NCBI GenBank assembly: GCA_036867785.1
Contig: CP145410.1
Span: forward strand, 806,001 to 870,000
Reading direction: 5' to 3'
Source: Plasmodiophora brassicae
Taxonomy: Eukaryota
DNA: 64,000 nt
Below are positions 11,017 through 23,455 of this stretch, piece by piece. Every line of letters starts with the position of its first letter. Position 1 is the stretch's first letter. The position numbers and the translations under genes are program-made. The notes beneath the pieces are model-generated. The model did no database searches. It was not told where the DNA came from and saw nothing but the letters and a program-made list of their open reading frames with translations.

Positions 11017-12216
11017 CTACGTTGTCCACTTCTGTCGAGCTGCCATGCCGACCAGCAACATGGTAACCAGGATCCCATTCAGAAGTGCAGCCCGTTTGAC
11101 GAGTCGCCCAACCGTTGACTGGATATCCCGTGTTTGTTCACGAAGCGCCTCTTCGGTTACATAAAGAGCACGCAGCGGCTCTTCGCTTACATGATGAGCT
11201 CGGCCCCTTTCGTCAACAGCAGTATCGGGTTTGTGATCGGCATCCGGCATCACGGCTGGAGTGGGGTCAGTCTGGGTGGAGACTGATGCAGTGATGGTAG
11301 GCACAGTCACTGCATCGGACGGTGCAGATACCGGACGCGTATCAGGTGGGGGCGCCTGCGCGACCGACTGTTCCTGCGGTAAGGAGTTCAGCCGCCTCTG
11401 ACAGTCCATGTAGCGTAACTCCTCAAATGAGAATTTCGCAAACTCAGTCGAGGCAGTGATCGAGACGATACGGGCGCGCGAACCCGGTGTTGAGCGAATG
11501 TTGTCGCGCGAATCAGGAACATACAGTGAAGTATGCTGCGATGCAGTGGCATCCTTAACATTCTGGAAATGAGATAAGAATTCTTCGCGAGCCAGTTCAG
11601 TGATGCCAGCAGCATGGCCGTCGCAGTTGGCCAGTTCTCCTTCCGCGTCCGACGAGTCGTTGCCCGACCTGGTATCCGTATTGCTGGAGAGTGTGGGCTC
11701 CTCAGTCATATCTGGGACAAACATGTTGAACATCAGCAAATGGTTACTGGTAGAAACCAACGCCAACGTACAGAAGTCCTGGGTGCGAGACGCTGCGATC
11801 AACGATTCTCCTGACGAAGATACCGAACCGTATGTGCCACTTAGCAGAGGGCCGTCGAAATGGTGAACTCGGACAAAGTCAGGTCGTTCATGTGCGTACA
11901 GATCCGTCTCAACGGCGACACCAAGCCGCCTCGCCTCGTCGAAATCCCTTGCTGCGTCATCGTAACGACGCAGAGCGTTCCGCGCTCGTCGTCTGTGAAG
12001 GAACGCCAACCCGGTCGGCGTTGCTTCTATCGCATCGTTCGCGTCTCGTTCCGCCTCTTCGAACATGCCCGCCTTCATCAGCGCATCCGACCGCGCGCAT
12101 AGCAATCGCCCCTTCTGTTCGCGATCGCTCGCGGGCACCATTTCCAACGCACTGGACAGGAAATCGGCATCAGAGGCGACGGAAACATCCCCATCGCCGT
12201 CGAGGTCAACCCCCAT
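11017..12216 (-). CDS. TPR-repeat protein with GLEBS-like motif and C-terminal transmembrane helix
   Basis: TPR-like helices (LLCARSDALMKAGMFEEAERDANDAIEATP...YDDAARDFDEARRL); ITASTEFAKFSFEELRYMD; C-terminal ALLNGILVTMLLVGMAA; the ORF is open back to 12303. Confidence 0.7.
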   Translation of the reverse strand: MGVDLDGDGDVSVASDADFLSSALEMVPASDREQKGRLLCARSDALMKAGMFEEAERDANDAIEATPTGLAFLHRRRARNALRRYDDAARDFDEARRLGVAVETDLYAHERPDFVRVHHFDGPLLSGTYGSVSSSGESLIAASRTQDFCTLALVSTSNHLLMFNMFVPDMTEEPTLSSNTDTRSGNDSSDAEGELANCDGHAAGITELAREEFLSHFQNVKDATASQHTSLYVPDSRDNIRSTPGSRARIVSITASTEFAKFSFEELRYMDCQRRLNSLPQEQSVAQAPPPDTRPVSAPSDAVTVPTITASVSTQTDPTPAVMPDADHKPDTAVDERGRAHHVSEEPLRALYVTEEALREQTRDIQSTVGRLVKRAALLNGILVTMLLVGMAARQKWTT

Positions 12217-13149
12217 ATTTTGTCCAAACGACGCGTCGCCGTGCCCGGCTGCTCCCGCATCGGCGCATCGCCGATCGAATAAAAAAAGTAACGGGGACGT
12301 CATAAACCTTCGCCCTGGAGGGCCCCGTTGCCAGTTCGCTATGGTCTATCAAGCGCCCCGGTCATGATAACGTTTCCGACGTCATCGTGCACCACGCCTG
12401 TACGACGACGTCATGCGCCAGCGTCCCGGCGGTGGGAACATGCAGAGAGCGCAACGGCCTTGCGCTGGTTCCACGGCTTGCGCTGGAAGCAGCACATGGC
12501 CCTGAAGATGGCGATGGACTCTGGCGGCGCAAGCTCAGCCCATACTCGGATGTATTCTCATTATCGGCCCCTGCAACGACTTGGTTCGGGCAGACGCGGT
12601 CTTGCATCCCCAAATCGCCTGGGGCTCGTTCCAGGCTTACTGGCCTGACCATACGACTACGAGATTGATCGCTGCTCCTCTACTCACACTGGCCGCGTCT
12701 TCGACCGCTGGCGAGCTGCCCTGCATCCAGGGCGATACGTGAACTCGCTTGAATCCTGTGAGAGGGGACAAGCAGGTCGCCTGTTAACAGCAATATCCAG
12801 ATCCGGCAGGAAGAGCATCCGAATTATTATAGACGTGTTCGGCCATCGATAACAGGTGCGCAATCGTGGTCCCCAGAACGATTGGTTGCACTACGAGGTC
12901 ATCATGGGGGAGCTCCAATCCACAGTGGACGACGTGGATCCAGAGCTCCAGCCTGTATGCGATCCTCGTGGCGACCGGGGTGTCGCTTCCGACGCGGCAG
13001 ATGGTGTCGGTCCGGGAGAACTGTTTCGATTCCCGGTGTGGAAGACGCTTATCCAATCGGACTGCAATATTGTTGTTGACGACACTGGAGTGACGTCCAG
13101 CATCGTCGTTCGACCGCTAACGACGCGTCCAACCAGTAGCTATCTGTGT

Positions 13150-14286
13150 TTATCTCCACAGTATGTGGTCAGAGCTGTTTGGCACAGCTGAGTGCAGGTC
13201 TGGGTTTCTTGCAGATGTTATTTCGCCGGTACCGCGATGGGGCATCGCATCGGTAACGATAGACCCATCGTATTGTCGTGCATCCCGCGACATCCAACGC
13301 TCATGGCCGTCGAGATGGCTATGGGCTGATCTGCGCTTGACGACAACCTGGGATTTCGTTAATACTTTGTGCACGATTATGAGTGAGATTATCAGCGACA
13401 GGAAACGAGTGATCGAGGAGACGATCAGTCGTGGCAGTTGGACTTCAAGCGGGTTCACGAATTCGCTCATGACTATCAGGCAGAACTCGGACCCATCCAG
13501 CATGAACTGAAAGAAGACGAGTCGAAGGAGAGTAAACGATTCGGCGCCGACTCGAGAACTGGAAGAGGCGTTCCTGACGAATTGCCGGTATCCGACGAAA
13601 CCGTACCCCAGCACGAATGTCCAGGAACACGAGCAGAAGAGGAAGACGGCCGTTAAGTTGTAGTACTGAATGGAAGCTACCGTTCCGCCTCTCGATGCAG
13701 ATGCAAATCGGCAAACCAGCTCTCCTTGCTGCTGGTCAGCCTGTAATTGCTGCGACGTCGCCACCATGACGAATGTAGATAACGTGCACACGACTTGCGT
13801 CGCCTTTGAAACGAGGGATTAAAAGGCCTGATTATATACGGAGAGTATGGCATGAACCAGTATTGCATAAGTGATGTAGCGCGCGCCTTGTCTGTTCATC
13901 GCAAAGAACGTGATCAAGATTCTCTGAACGAACAAGTGGAAACATGATAGCAAATCTGTGCATAGACCTCATGGTCAAGCTATGCGTTTCGGATGCCAAA
14001 ACGCTGTTACAGAAGGATTCTGTCGCTACCCAGAGCTGGCAGTATTGAATATCGGTGACGGACAGCACTAGGTGGAGAGCGGCAACAACGCAGGCGACGC
14101 TGTTGATGGCGCAAAGCTCCATAGCGATCCGACTGCTGGCATGTCGCCTGCACCCAACAAAGGCTCGTACTACGCAAGCGTCAAGCTTCTCTGCTGTTAC
14201 CTGTACGCCGCGTTGTAGATCAGGAAAAGGGAGAAGAATCCGTTGACGGCAACTAGTAACAGGTTGGACGTCAGGACTCCAACCAT
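13150..14286 (-). CDS. Orphan GPCR-like seven-transmembrane protein
   Basis: Spliced reading from MVGVLTSNLLLVAVNGFFSLFLIYNAAY gives about 7 hydrophobic segments, with Cys at the top of TM3 and in the loop before TM5. Confidence 0.65.
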
Positions 14287-14818
14287 TATGGATAACTACG
14301 TCCGGCGCTCCCTCCGAGCCACAGTCGTCATCGTCACCCTATAGTGCCCTCTGTGACTGCGCCACAGAGCCATCCCGGCATCGGGATCGGTGCACGTTTT
14401 CTGTGACCGCCTGTCCTGGCATGATTCGAACGCTGTGCGCTGTGCGCGGACGGCAGGTAAGGCTGCACACAAATAAACGGCCGTATACGAGCACGTGACC
14501 TACTAGAAAGGACTCAATAATGTCCCGCCATTTTCGGTGGTTAACGGCGACGAATACCCTGGTCAGTCGCCAGCGAATTCGAGAACAGGACACGTCAGCA
14601 CCGCTGACCTACGTGACCACCAAACTGTAGGAGAGGACAGAAATAGGCGGTCCGCCAGCTGCTGTCCGTGACAAAAATAGCGTGCGCAGGAGTACCGACT
14701 GGTGCTCGACGGCACCTGAAACTGGAAATAGAGCGTTTGCTGACGATCAGTTGTCGTCGCTGTCGGTGGTCTCGGACGAAGCCGACCGGGCGTGTGCATG
14801 CGATCAAAGGCGAAAGCC

Positions 14819-15460
14819 ATGGCGCCCGAAAACGAGCGCGTCTTCTGGAAGGGTGGCGGTCTAGCTGAAGCGTCGAGTCAAGCGGACGAAGACAATGCCG
14901 GGTCGAGCGCGGACTCATCAACGACGTCATCGTTCCCGCCGTTTGCGCAAGATACGTGCAGTGAGGAAACGTCTGCAATGGCTTCAGAACAGGCACTACA
15001 ACGGAGCGAGGCCCCGGGAGGGACGCTGTCGAGGGCAGTTCGGCACAACTTGTTAGCACAATGGGGCGTCCCTCCAGCAGACAAGGCAGTGGTCAGGCAG
15101 ATCGCCGAGCAGTTCAGGCGCCGGCTTCCTGAGTCTGACCTATCCATTGGCGATATTCTTCCTCAACGGGTTCTTAGCCGCCAGGCTGAGCTCTACAGCA
15201 TGATCGCGTCTCTTAGGGGTCGTGTCCTGACCTCCACGAATCCGGAAGAGATCAAGTCATTAGTCGATGCATTCAGTATGCATTCGACAGAACTGCTGCG
15301 GGACGATATGGTTATTGTTAGCAGGACACGTGCCATGTGGGTCGAGAACAAGTTTGCTGCGATGCATGCATCCTGCGTCAGAAGGAAAGCTGCCAAGCCG
15401 ATGTTGGTCCAGGAGGACACTGTTAAATCTGCATTCCGCCACGTGGCACCAAGTTCATAA
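14819..15460 (+). CDS. Hypothetical protein
   Basis: Intronless 213-aa ORF MAPENERVFWKGG... with a helical C-terminal half; no family recognised. Confidence 0.55.
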   Translation: MAPENERVFWKGGGLAEASSQADEDNAGSSADSSTTSSFPPFAQDTCSEETSAMASEQALQRSEAPGGTLSRAVRHNLLAQWGVPPADKAVVRQIAEQFRRRLPESDLSIGDILPQRVLSRQAELYSMIASLRGRVLTSTNPEEIKSLVDAFSMHSTELLRDDMVIVSRTRAMWVENKFAAMHASCVRRKAAKPMLVQEDTVKSAFRHVAPSS

Positions 15461-15550
15461 ACGAAAAGCGGGTTGATATTCTAACTTGGACAGTTACGAT
15501 ACACGGATATGCTAGATGAGTGTCTGTAATGAGTAGTGATTCTGCGCCGT

Positions 15551-18202
15551 CTAGCTGGTGGATTTGGAGAGGGATGTCAGGAACTCAGAATAGCTCATCA
15601 CCGTATCCGTGCGATCCAGAATCAAACAGTCGAAGAATTCCTGAACGCAGGCCGGCCGGTGCTTACGGGATGGATCATCTGATGGCTGACATACGATCCG
15701 CAGTTGTTGGCACGTGACGCTCTGCGAACGCAGGAAGTCAATGATGTTGTGCAAGCGGGACAGGACGCCGTCCCGGCCAGAGCTAGCCGTGATTGGCATC
15801 AGCTCAATGCTGTCTGGAGGCGCCGAGAAGACGGTTGTCATTCCGAAGCATTCCTGAAGGAAGTGAGGAGAGATTGACCTTCCGATCCACAGGAATATTG
15901 TTAAGCCATTGTCAGCAAGATAGGCGCCGTCAAAAGACAGTTCTGCAGCGGTCGCGTTGATCTCGACAGGAAGCGTGACAATGCCGGAAGCATCTGGCAG
16001 ACCCTCTTGGGCGTGCAGCTGATGAACCGGGTAGATACGAGGCCGGAGGTAGGTATCAAGTGACTGGCAGTTCATACTTCGGACGTTCGCAAGGGCAATC
16101 GACCTCTCGTCCGACGACATGGAGGAAGAATCTTTGAATGCAGGGCACTTCAAAAGGCACAACGTCATCATTGGCAGGTACCTGAGGGTGTCGGGATACT
16201 CTTCTTCGCGAGCAAGAGACACATTGTAGTTCCTGATCGACTTCCGGTATGCAATCAGTATGTCTTTGCAGGCCGTCTCGATCAGTTGCCGTCCCTTAGC
16301 CAATGACGATTCCAGGCTAGGCGTCAAAGCCTTCTTGGCAATGCAGTTAACGAGCGCGTGCAGGTCGACATAGTAGAACAGGTCCTCAAGCTTGTCGACA
16401 ACTGGTATCATGTGGTTGTGCACACGGATTCTTCGTTCGCCATATGAGGCGGTGTAGAGAAGTGCCACCTGAATAATGATGGCACCATGCGGCGGCGTCT
16501 CCTCATGGGCAAGCTCAACCACGAACGAGTCATCGGCAGTGCAATTGGGCACGGAGAGCAAGTCAGTGCCGCGAAGAAAGAAGTTGCCTTCGTAGCCAAC
16601 GATTTTAGACCCCTTGCTGACTCGAACACGCATAACCGCCTCCCAGGACTGTTCACAGGTCAGGACACGGGATAGGTCAGAGCGAAGGCATTCCCCTGAT
16701 CTGTGCTGGTCGAAATTGGAAAACGAGAACACCCTTCCTCCAGATAGCTGGCAGAGAGCGATGGTCGTTGCAACATCGCAGTACTTGTCTGGGAAGAGAA
16801 ACATGTCGGCACGAAGTTGAACACGGGCATACTTAATGCCCCAGGTCTTGTAAAAGTCCATAGCTGGTTTCAGCAACGCCACTTCGTTCGACGAGGAAGC
16901 GCCCGTCTCTCGATTTCGGAGTCGGGCCGGACCAAACGAAGGTAGAGCGGTCGAGAAGAATAGGACTTTGCCACCAATTGCATTGGCGACACGGTGTGCA
17001 GCAATCACCGCTGCACCTAACGACGATTCAACATCCTGTGTGTCGGCATGCATTGACGGCAACGACTGGAGCAAATGTTCAACGAGCGGCCTGGATTCCT
17101 CGAGATTAACGAGATAATCGTCAGGGAAAGGCAGGAAGAGATCTTCAAGGTTCGGAAGAACCATCATTTGCGGACGCGACAGCTTGGGACGCAGGGAATA
17201 CAAGTGGATGTGGCTGTCGAACGTGATGAAGGCAACCTTTGTGCGTGGAATCGTTACAAGGAAGTCGAGGAGCCCATAAACCGTGTTGCACACTGAGTCC
17301 AGAACGCCCGTCCTGATTGACCTTTGCGACACATCGATGGCGAAGACAAAGACAGGGCATTGGGGAGGCCGAACCATGTACTCGGCTGGTGCAACAATCT
17401 CGATCGACGAACTGCAGAGCTCGGCACGATTCACCTTGTCGAGTCGATCGCCATGCGCATCCAGGTCGCAAAAGTACCCGCTAGTTACGTCATTGGAACG
17501 GCCACACAGACAGCATCGCCAACTCGATCCCCCGTTGATGAACTTGCAGAACGGGTTAATGTACGCTCGGCACGCTTTGCAGCGGATCACGCCGAGGCTT
17601 TCGAAATTAACGACCGGTAGAGGCCCATGCTCAGCTGTTGGCACGGATGGTTCCGACGACACTTCGGCCAGCGGCTGAACCGTCATCGAATACGGCAACC
17701 CAGACTCCAGTCGCAGTGCCTGTGATCCTGGAAACGCGGCGACGGACAGCGACAGGAACCGCGGATCGCAGGGCGTCACATTCGCTGGGAAAATGGACGA
17801 CGACTGCCAGCTGTCTGTACCCTGCTGAAGCGACATGTTCGCCATCTGATCGACATACTGCTCCTGGTACCCGCCTTGTTCTGCATACCCATATCCCTAG
17901 AAGTTACGCAAGACATCAGACCCGCATCCACCACAGCAATGGGAAATACGTTTTACTTGGTCGTATGCAGTGGCATCATACGATTGTCCTGATTGATAGT
18001 ACCCCTGGCCTTCCGCATAGGCATCCTGTCCGTGGTCTTGCTGGTAGTATCCCTCCTGGGTCTGATACCCACCATGTTGCTGGTAATCGTATCCCTGTGG
18101 AGCACCGTACTGCGATGACGGTGGCGCTGGCGCTGTCCCGTACGGGTCAGCATCTGGATACGCGGGCCGACTAGGGCCTCCTCTCGCAGCAAATCCAGAC
18201 AT
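15551..18202 (-). CDS. SEC24: COPII coat subunit Sec24
   Basis: IRCKACRAYINPF zinc finger, APAEYMVRPP, FAIDVS, EAVMRVRVS, GERRIRVH; Q/Y/G-rich N-terminal exon. Confidence 0.96.
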
Positions 18203-18416
18203 CGTTGTGGCCCGAGGCGTCGACAGACTCGATCGAGCCTTGCGACAAAAAAACGGGACCGTCGATATGCGGATTTTGTTGGCGCTCGAAACTCTCTCTC
18301 TCTCTGGGTGGGGGGCTTCGTTGGAGTCACCATCTACCTGCGACATTTGTCATTTTCATCCGGGGCGGGTCGTTGACGTTCATCGAATCGCTTCACGAAG
18401 AGCACAGGTGAAGAAA

Positions 18417-20059
18417 ATGTCGCTGGTTCGATTCGGCCGCCGCCTGTCGTCGGCGTCTGCACGCCGAGGCTTCGCGACAATGTTCAATAGTTGGTGGGCG
18501 GGACGGGCCGCAAAGCCACGGGTGTACTGATGATGGGCCGTGCCCTAGTCGACGCTGGATTGTCGGCAGAGGAGACCGAGTTCCAGAAGATAGCGTTGGA
18601 CTTCGCAGCGAAGGAGATCGCACCACATGCGGCCGAATGGGATGAGAAGAAATTCTTCCCGAAGGAGACGCTGCAGAAATGCGCTCAACTCGGATTCGCC
18701 GGTCAGTACATCCCGCAGCAGGTCAGGCCAATGAAGACTGATGTCAGGTCCAGGCGTTTTCGTGGACAGCGAAGTCGGTGGAAGTGGTCTGTCACGCCTC
18801 GAAGGGTCAATTATATTCGAGGCGTTGGCCACTGGGTGCCCAGCAACATCCGCCTACCTCACCATCCACAATATGTGTCTCTGGATGATTGACCAGGTCT
18901 GCGTCGTGCTACGCGCTGTATACAAAGCAATATGTAACCGCGACCGTTCGTTGTTAGTTTGGCTCAGACGAACAGAGGAAGTCTCTGCTGCCCGGTCTGT
19001 GCTCGATGGACCAGTTTATTTCGTATTGTTTGACGGAACCTGGCTCCGGGTAAGATTCAAAGATCGACGTTGCCTCTGTCGTAATATAACCTCCCATGCT
19101 ACGCGTAGGTCGGACGCGCAATCTCTGTCGACTTCGGCCAAACGACAAGGCGACTCGATCATTTTGAATGGCACAAAGGTCAAGCATTGGCAACGCGCAG
19201 ACTGTCCTGGCTAAGCTCAGTTGCACAGGCTTTCATTAGTGGTGGTGGTTCGAGCGATTTCTATCTGGTCATGGCTCGGGAAGAAACCGATCAGATATCG
19301 TGCTTCTTGGTCCCCAGAGACGCACCTGGCGTCAGTTTCGGTGCACAGGAAAGGAAGGTGACAACGTCTCCTTCGTAACGAATAAGCCGCACTGTAACGC
19401 TTGGAGATCAGCTTGGCTGGAACTGCCAGCCGACATGTGCCGTTATTCTCGAGGATGCCGAGATTCCTGCCACGAATATGGTCGGTCCTTCCGGAGACGG
19501 TTTCAAAATTGCCATGCAGGCGCTTGACGGCGGGCGTGTCAACATTGGTACAAACTTTACAGTGGCCCTGCGCGCCTCCTAACCCATCGCTCAGCTTCCT
19601 GCTCGTTGGGTGGAGCTCAGTGCGCTCTAAACCACACTCTCGACCACGTCCGCGTCCGGTCCCAGTTCGGGAAAACGCTGTCCATGTACCAGAACGTCCA
19701 GTTCAAGGTCGTGAGGATTGCTGCGGACCGTTGCCAGGACCCTGAAACGCTGGCTGTGTATATAGGTTGCTGACATGTCCACTCAACTACATGCGGCACG
19801 GTTGCTGGTTCGCGACGCCGCAAGGAACCTGGATCAGAAGACACCGAATCGCTCGGCCGTCTGCGCAATGGCGAAGCGGTTCGCGACGGATGCCGGCTTC
19901 GACATCATCGATGAATGCTTGCAGCTTCATGGAGGTTACGGCTACCTGAAAGACTATCCCATCGAGAAGCTCCTGCGCGACACGCGCGTGCACCGCATTC
20001 TCGAGGGTACGAACGAGGTCATGAGGATGATCATAGCCCGCAAGGTCCTGCAGGAATAG
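18417..20059 (+). CDS. Mitochondrial acyl-CoA dehydrogenase (isobutyryl-CoA dehydrogenase, ACAD8-like)
   Basis: [65 protein letters not shown]; Arg/Ser-rich presequence. Confidence 0.92.
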
Positions 20060-20320
20060 AGCACCACCCACGTCAGATTCGTTCCGTCCTATGTTCGCGT
20101 GCCGTCTGCCATATCGTCCGTTCAGGCAGACGTTCCAGTCGTCACTGACCGACACATAGAGCTCTCTTCACAGACGGCGCCACATAGTACTCGGATCGAT
20201 CCCGCCCGCTAGCCATAACGTCGCCCCGTCGACGTGTCGGCGCTGGCGCTGTAAGCCTAGTATCGCGCGCATCGTTAGGAAGCGCGTCACGAAGCGATTG
20301 CCCTGCTCTGAGGCCGCTTC

Positions 20321-22272
20321 ATGGATCGCCGGTACAATATCTTGGAGGTCCTTGGCGATGGCACGTTCGGCCAGGTCATGCGTGCCATCAACAAGACGAC
20401 CGGCGAGACCGTCGCCATTAAACAGATGAAGCGGAAGTTCTACACGTGGGACGAGTGCTTGAAACTACGAGAGGTACCGCCCATCGCCTGGATACGCGCC
20501 CGGGAACGTCTGCCGTCTAACACCACCGGTTACAGGTGCGGTCTTTGAAGAAACTGTCTCACGTGAACATCGTCAAACTCAAAGAGGTTATCCGCGAAAA
20601 GAACCAGCTGTTCTTCATATTTGAATACCTTGAGCGCAACGTGTACCAGCTGATCAAGGATCGGGAGGCACGCCTGGACGAAGCCCGCATCCGAAACATC
20701 ATCGGGCAATGCTTGCATGGCCTGGCGTACATGCACAAATCCGGGTTCTTCCATCGCGACATCAAACCGGAGAACCTGCTCGTCAGCGGCGACCTGGTCA
20801 AACTGGCTGACTTTGGCCTGGCTCGCGAGATCCGCTCGCGGCCGCCGTACACCGAGTACGTCAGCACTCGATGGTACCGTGCACCCGAGGTCATCCTACG
20901 ATCGCCCAACTATAACGCGCCAATTGACATCTGGGCGGTGGGCACCATCATGGCTGAACTGTTCACATTGCGGCCACTGTTCCCTGGCGAGACCGAGACC
21001 GACCAGATCTTCCGAATATGCTCGGTGAAAGGGCCGCCGACGCTTGCCGACTGGCCCGAGGGCGTCGCCCTCGCCAACGCCATGAAACTTGCGTTCCCGC
21101 CGTTCAACCCGACACCACTGCAAACCCTGATCCCACAGGCCAGTTTGCATGCGGTCCACCTCATGACTCTGTTGCTCCAGTACGATCCGCTGAAGCGCCC
21201 AACGGCAGCCGACGCCCTGCAGCACCCGTTCTTCCAGAGCGGCATGCCCATCATGCGATCCCTGGCACTGGACAACGCCAGCTCGGTCACCAGCGATGTA
21301 TACCGAAGCAGTAGTGCGGCAGCGGCCCCCATCAGCCGTCTGGACAACGCTCTCCAACAAGCGCAGCCGATACCGTCTGCGGCAACACATGGCGTCCGGT
21401 TCGACGTCGGCAACGGCTCCCGGCGGAACAGCATCGACAGTATCGGGCACCGGTCGAACTCCTCGGGCGACATCACCGAGTTCGTGAAACCTCGTCGGCC
21501 CAGCGACCCGGGCCTCGTCGCGACCGGCCTGTCGTCCCGACGAAGCAGCAGTGAGTCGGGGATTCTGCAGACGTCTCGAAGAGGAAGTCGGGATTCGCAG
21601 ACGAGCACGACGGTCGATGCGCTGGCATCTGCTGCCGCTGCCATGGGCTTCACCGGCGGCAACCTTAGCCGGCGGTCGAGCATCGGGTCAGAGCACAGTC
21701 AGACGCGTCGCCTCAGCAACGTAGACGCTGCGTTGGCGGTGGCGGCTGCCAACGCAGCCGCTGCTGCAGGGCGGCGTGGAAGTGGGGCACACGGAACGCC
21801 TTTATCGTTCGTCATCGCTCCTGATCGGCGTGGTTCCGGTTCCGGTCGAGCTCTGCTGAACGCCAGGGCGGTGGCGGCAGCGGCTGCGTCAGGCCCAGCA
21901 AGCCAGGCGCAGATCACGTCGATGCCATTGTCGAGAATTGCGAACCATACGCCAAGGCCGGCGCCAGCGACATCGGCGCCACTTTCTGTTGGCAAGGACG
22001 GCCCAGGACTGGATGGATCAGTCGCGAGTGGACGGCCTCATCCCGTCATGGGCAGACCTCGTGGTGCACCTGTGCAGCTGGAGTACTCGTCGTACGCCAA
22101 GGAGGCACAGCAGCAACAGGGTCCTGATCGACCTAAGGTGGATATCGACCTCGGGTTCCTGCAACGTGCCGCTGCTGTGTCTGGCGCAGCTGCTGAACGA
22201 TCGGGACCTATCGCTGGGCGACGTGCCGTCGAGGCCAACGGTCCCACAGGTGTCAGTCGGCATCGATTCTGA
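20321..22272 (+). CDS. MAK/ICK (RCK family) CMGC protein kinase
   Basis: [60 protein letters not shown]; one intron. Confidence 0.95.
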
Positions 22273-22363
22273 AGGCGCACAGCAGGTTCTCTAGTTTAAT
22301 ACACCTTGCCACTTTGGCAGGTGTTGGATCAGCTGATGTTGTCGCGGGTAACCGGACGGGAGA

Positions 22364-23031
22364 TCATATCGCGCAGCCGTCGATTCTCCAATGCCAGCCT
22401 GGTGAATTCAACCGAATCGATTGTATCTGCATCAGGAAGGGACTCAGTCGTAGTCGTTCTTCACGGGAGCATTGCGTACCAGAATCATTGAACTTGGGAA
22501 CGTTTGCCATCTGTGTGCGATAAAGCATGTTCAGTGAACGCTCATACCTAGACGAATGCACTCGACCACGTACAGAACATTTCGTAGCTAGTCGTTGGAG
22601 GTCGACTATGCCAAGGGTCTTCTGCCCACTGGCAAGCACGTTAAAGACGACTTGGTGGGGCGTCAGATTTCCAGCGTTGACGATATATGAGTCGGCTCTG
22701 TACGAACATTGCAATTTGTCGGATTCCCGTCCTGGCTGCTGGAACATGGCGGCAATGTTGCAGAATTTCTGGAACGACGTGTCTGTCTGCCCGACATAGA
22801 TGCTCTTCAGCAGCGCAAGCAGCATCGGGTTCGCATTTGCCAGTGCTTGCTTGTCGAGGCTTTGATACCGTTTTCGTAGACCGACGACGTCCGCTTCTGT
22901 CACTTTGTCCGGTAAACGTTCCTGCGTTCAGGATAGGTGAAACGTTTCGTACAGCCGGTGCTTCTGGAGATGGACTGTAGAAGGTCTCTCGATAGTTGTA
23001 ACTGGCTCAGAATATCATCGTCCGTCGACAT
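22364..23031 (-). CDS. Hypothetical protein
   Basis: Consecutive minus-strand ORFs MSTDDDILSQLQLS... and VTEADVVGLRKRYQ...; 3' end uncertain. Confidence 0.45.
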
Positions 23032-23455
23032 GCGCGCGCTAGTAACCAACAATCTCTCTTCCTGCCCGGTGCGCCAACTGTAGCGTCTACACTCTGTGAC
23101 AACTATCACCGGTGGCAGCAAGGGCCGCTGCGGGGTCAAGTACGGTCATGATCATGTGACGGGGTGGCACCAGCATCTGTGCAGCATCATCCGAGTACAG
23201 TACTGGGACTCTGCAACCTCGAAGAGCAACCGATGCCAACCGCCTCTGAACAATAATATTGCCGACGAGGTCTCATCGTTTCTTTGAGCAAGTGTCGACT
23301 GAAATTGGGGACAACAACCGATGCACGTCCGCGAGCCCGTTGACGACACCGTACATGCACATTCATAAACCGTGATTTGTCACAAAACAACACATACATT
23401 TATTTCATTGCCACGTTGAGCGTAATGCAGCAAGGGTCAAAACAGACGACGCAAA

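Noticed and set aside
12328-13191. Several overlapping ORFs between the TPR gene and the 7TM gene
   Set aside because: I could not build a coherent spliced model or recognise a motif; a small gene may exist but is unsupported
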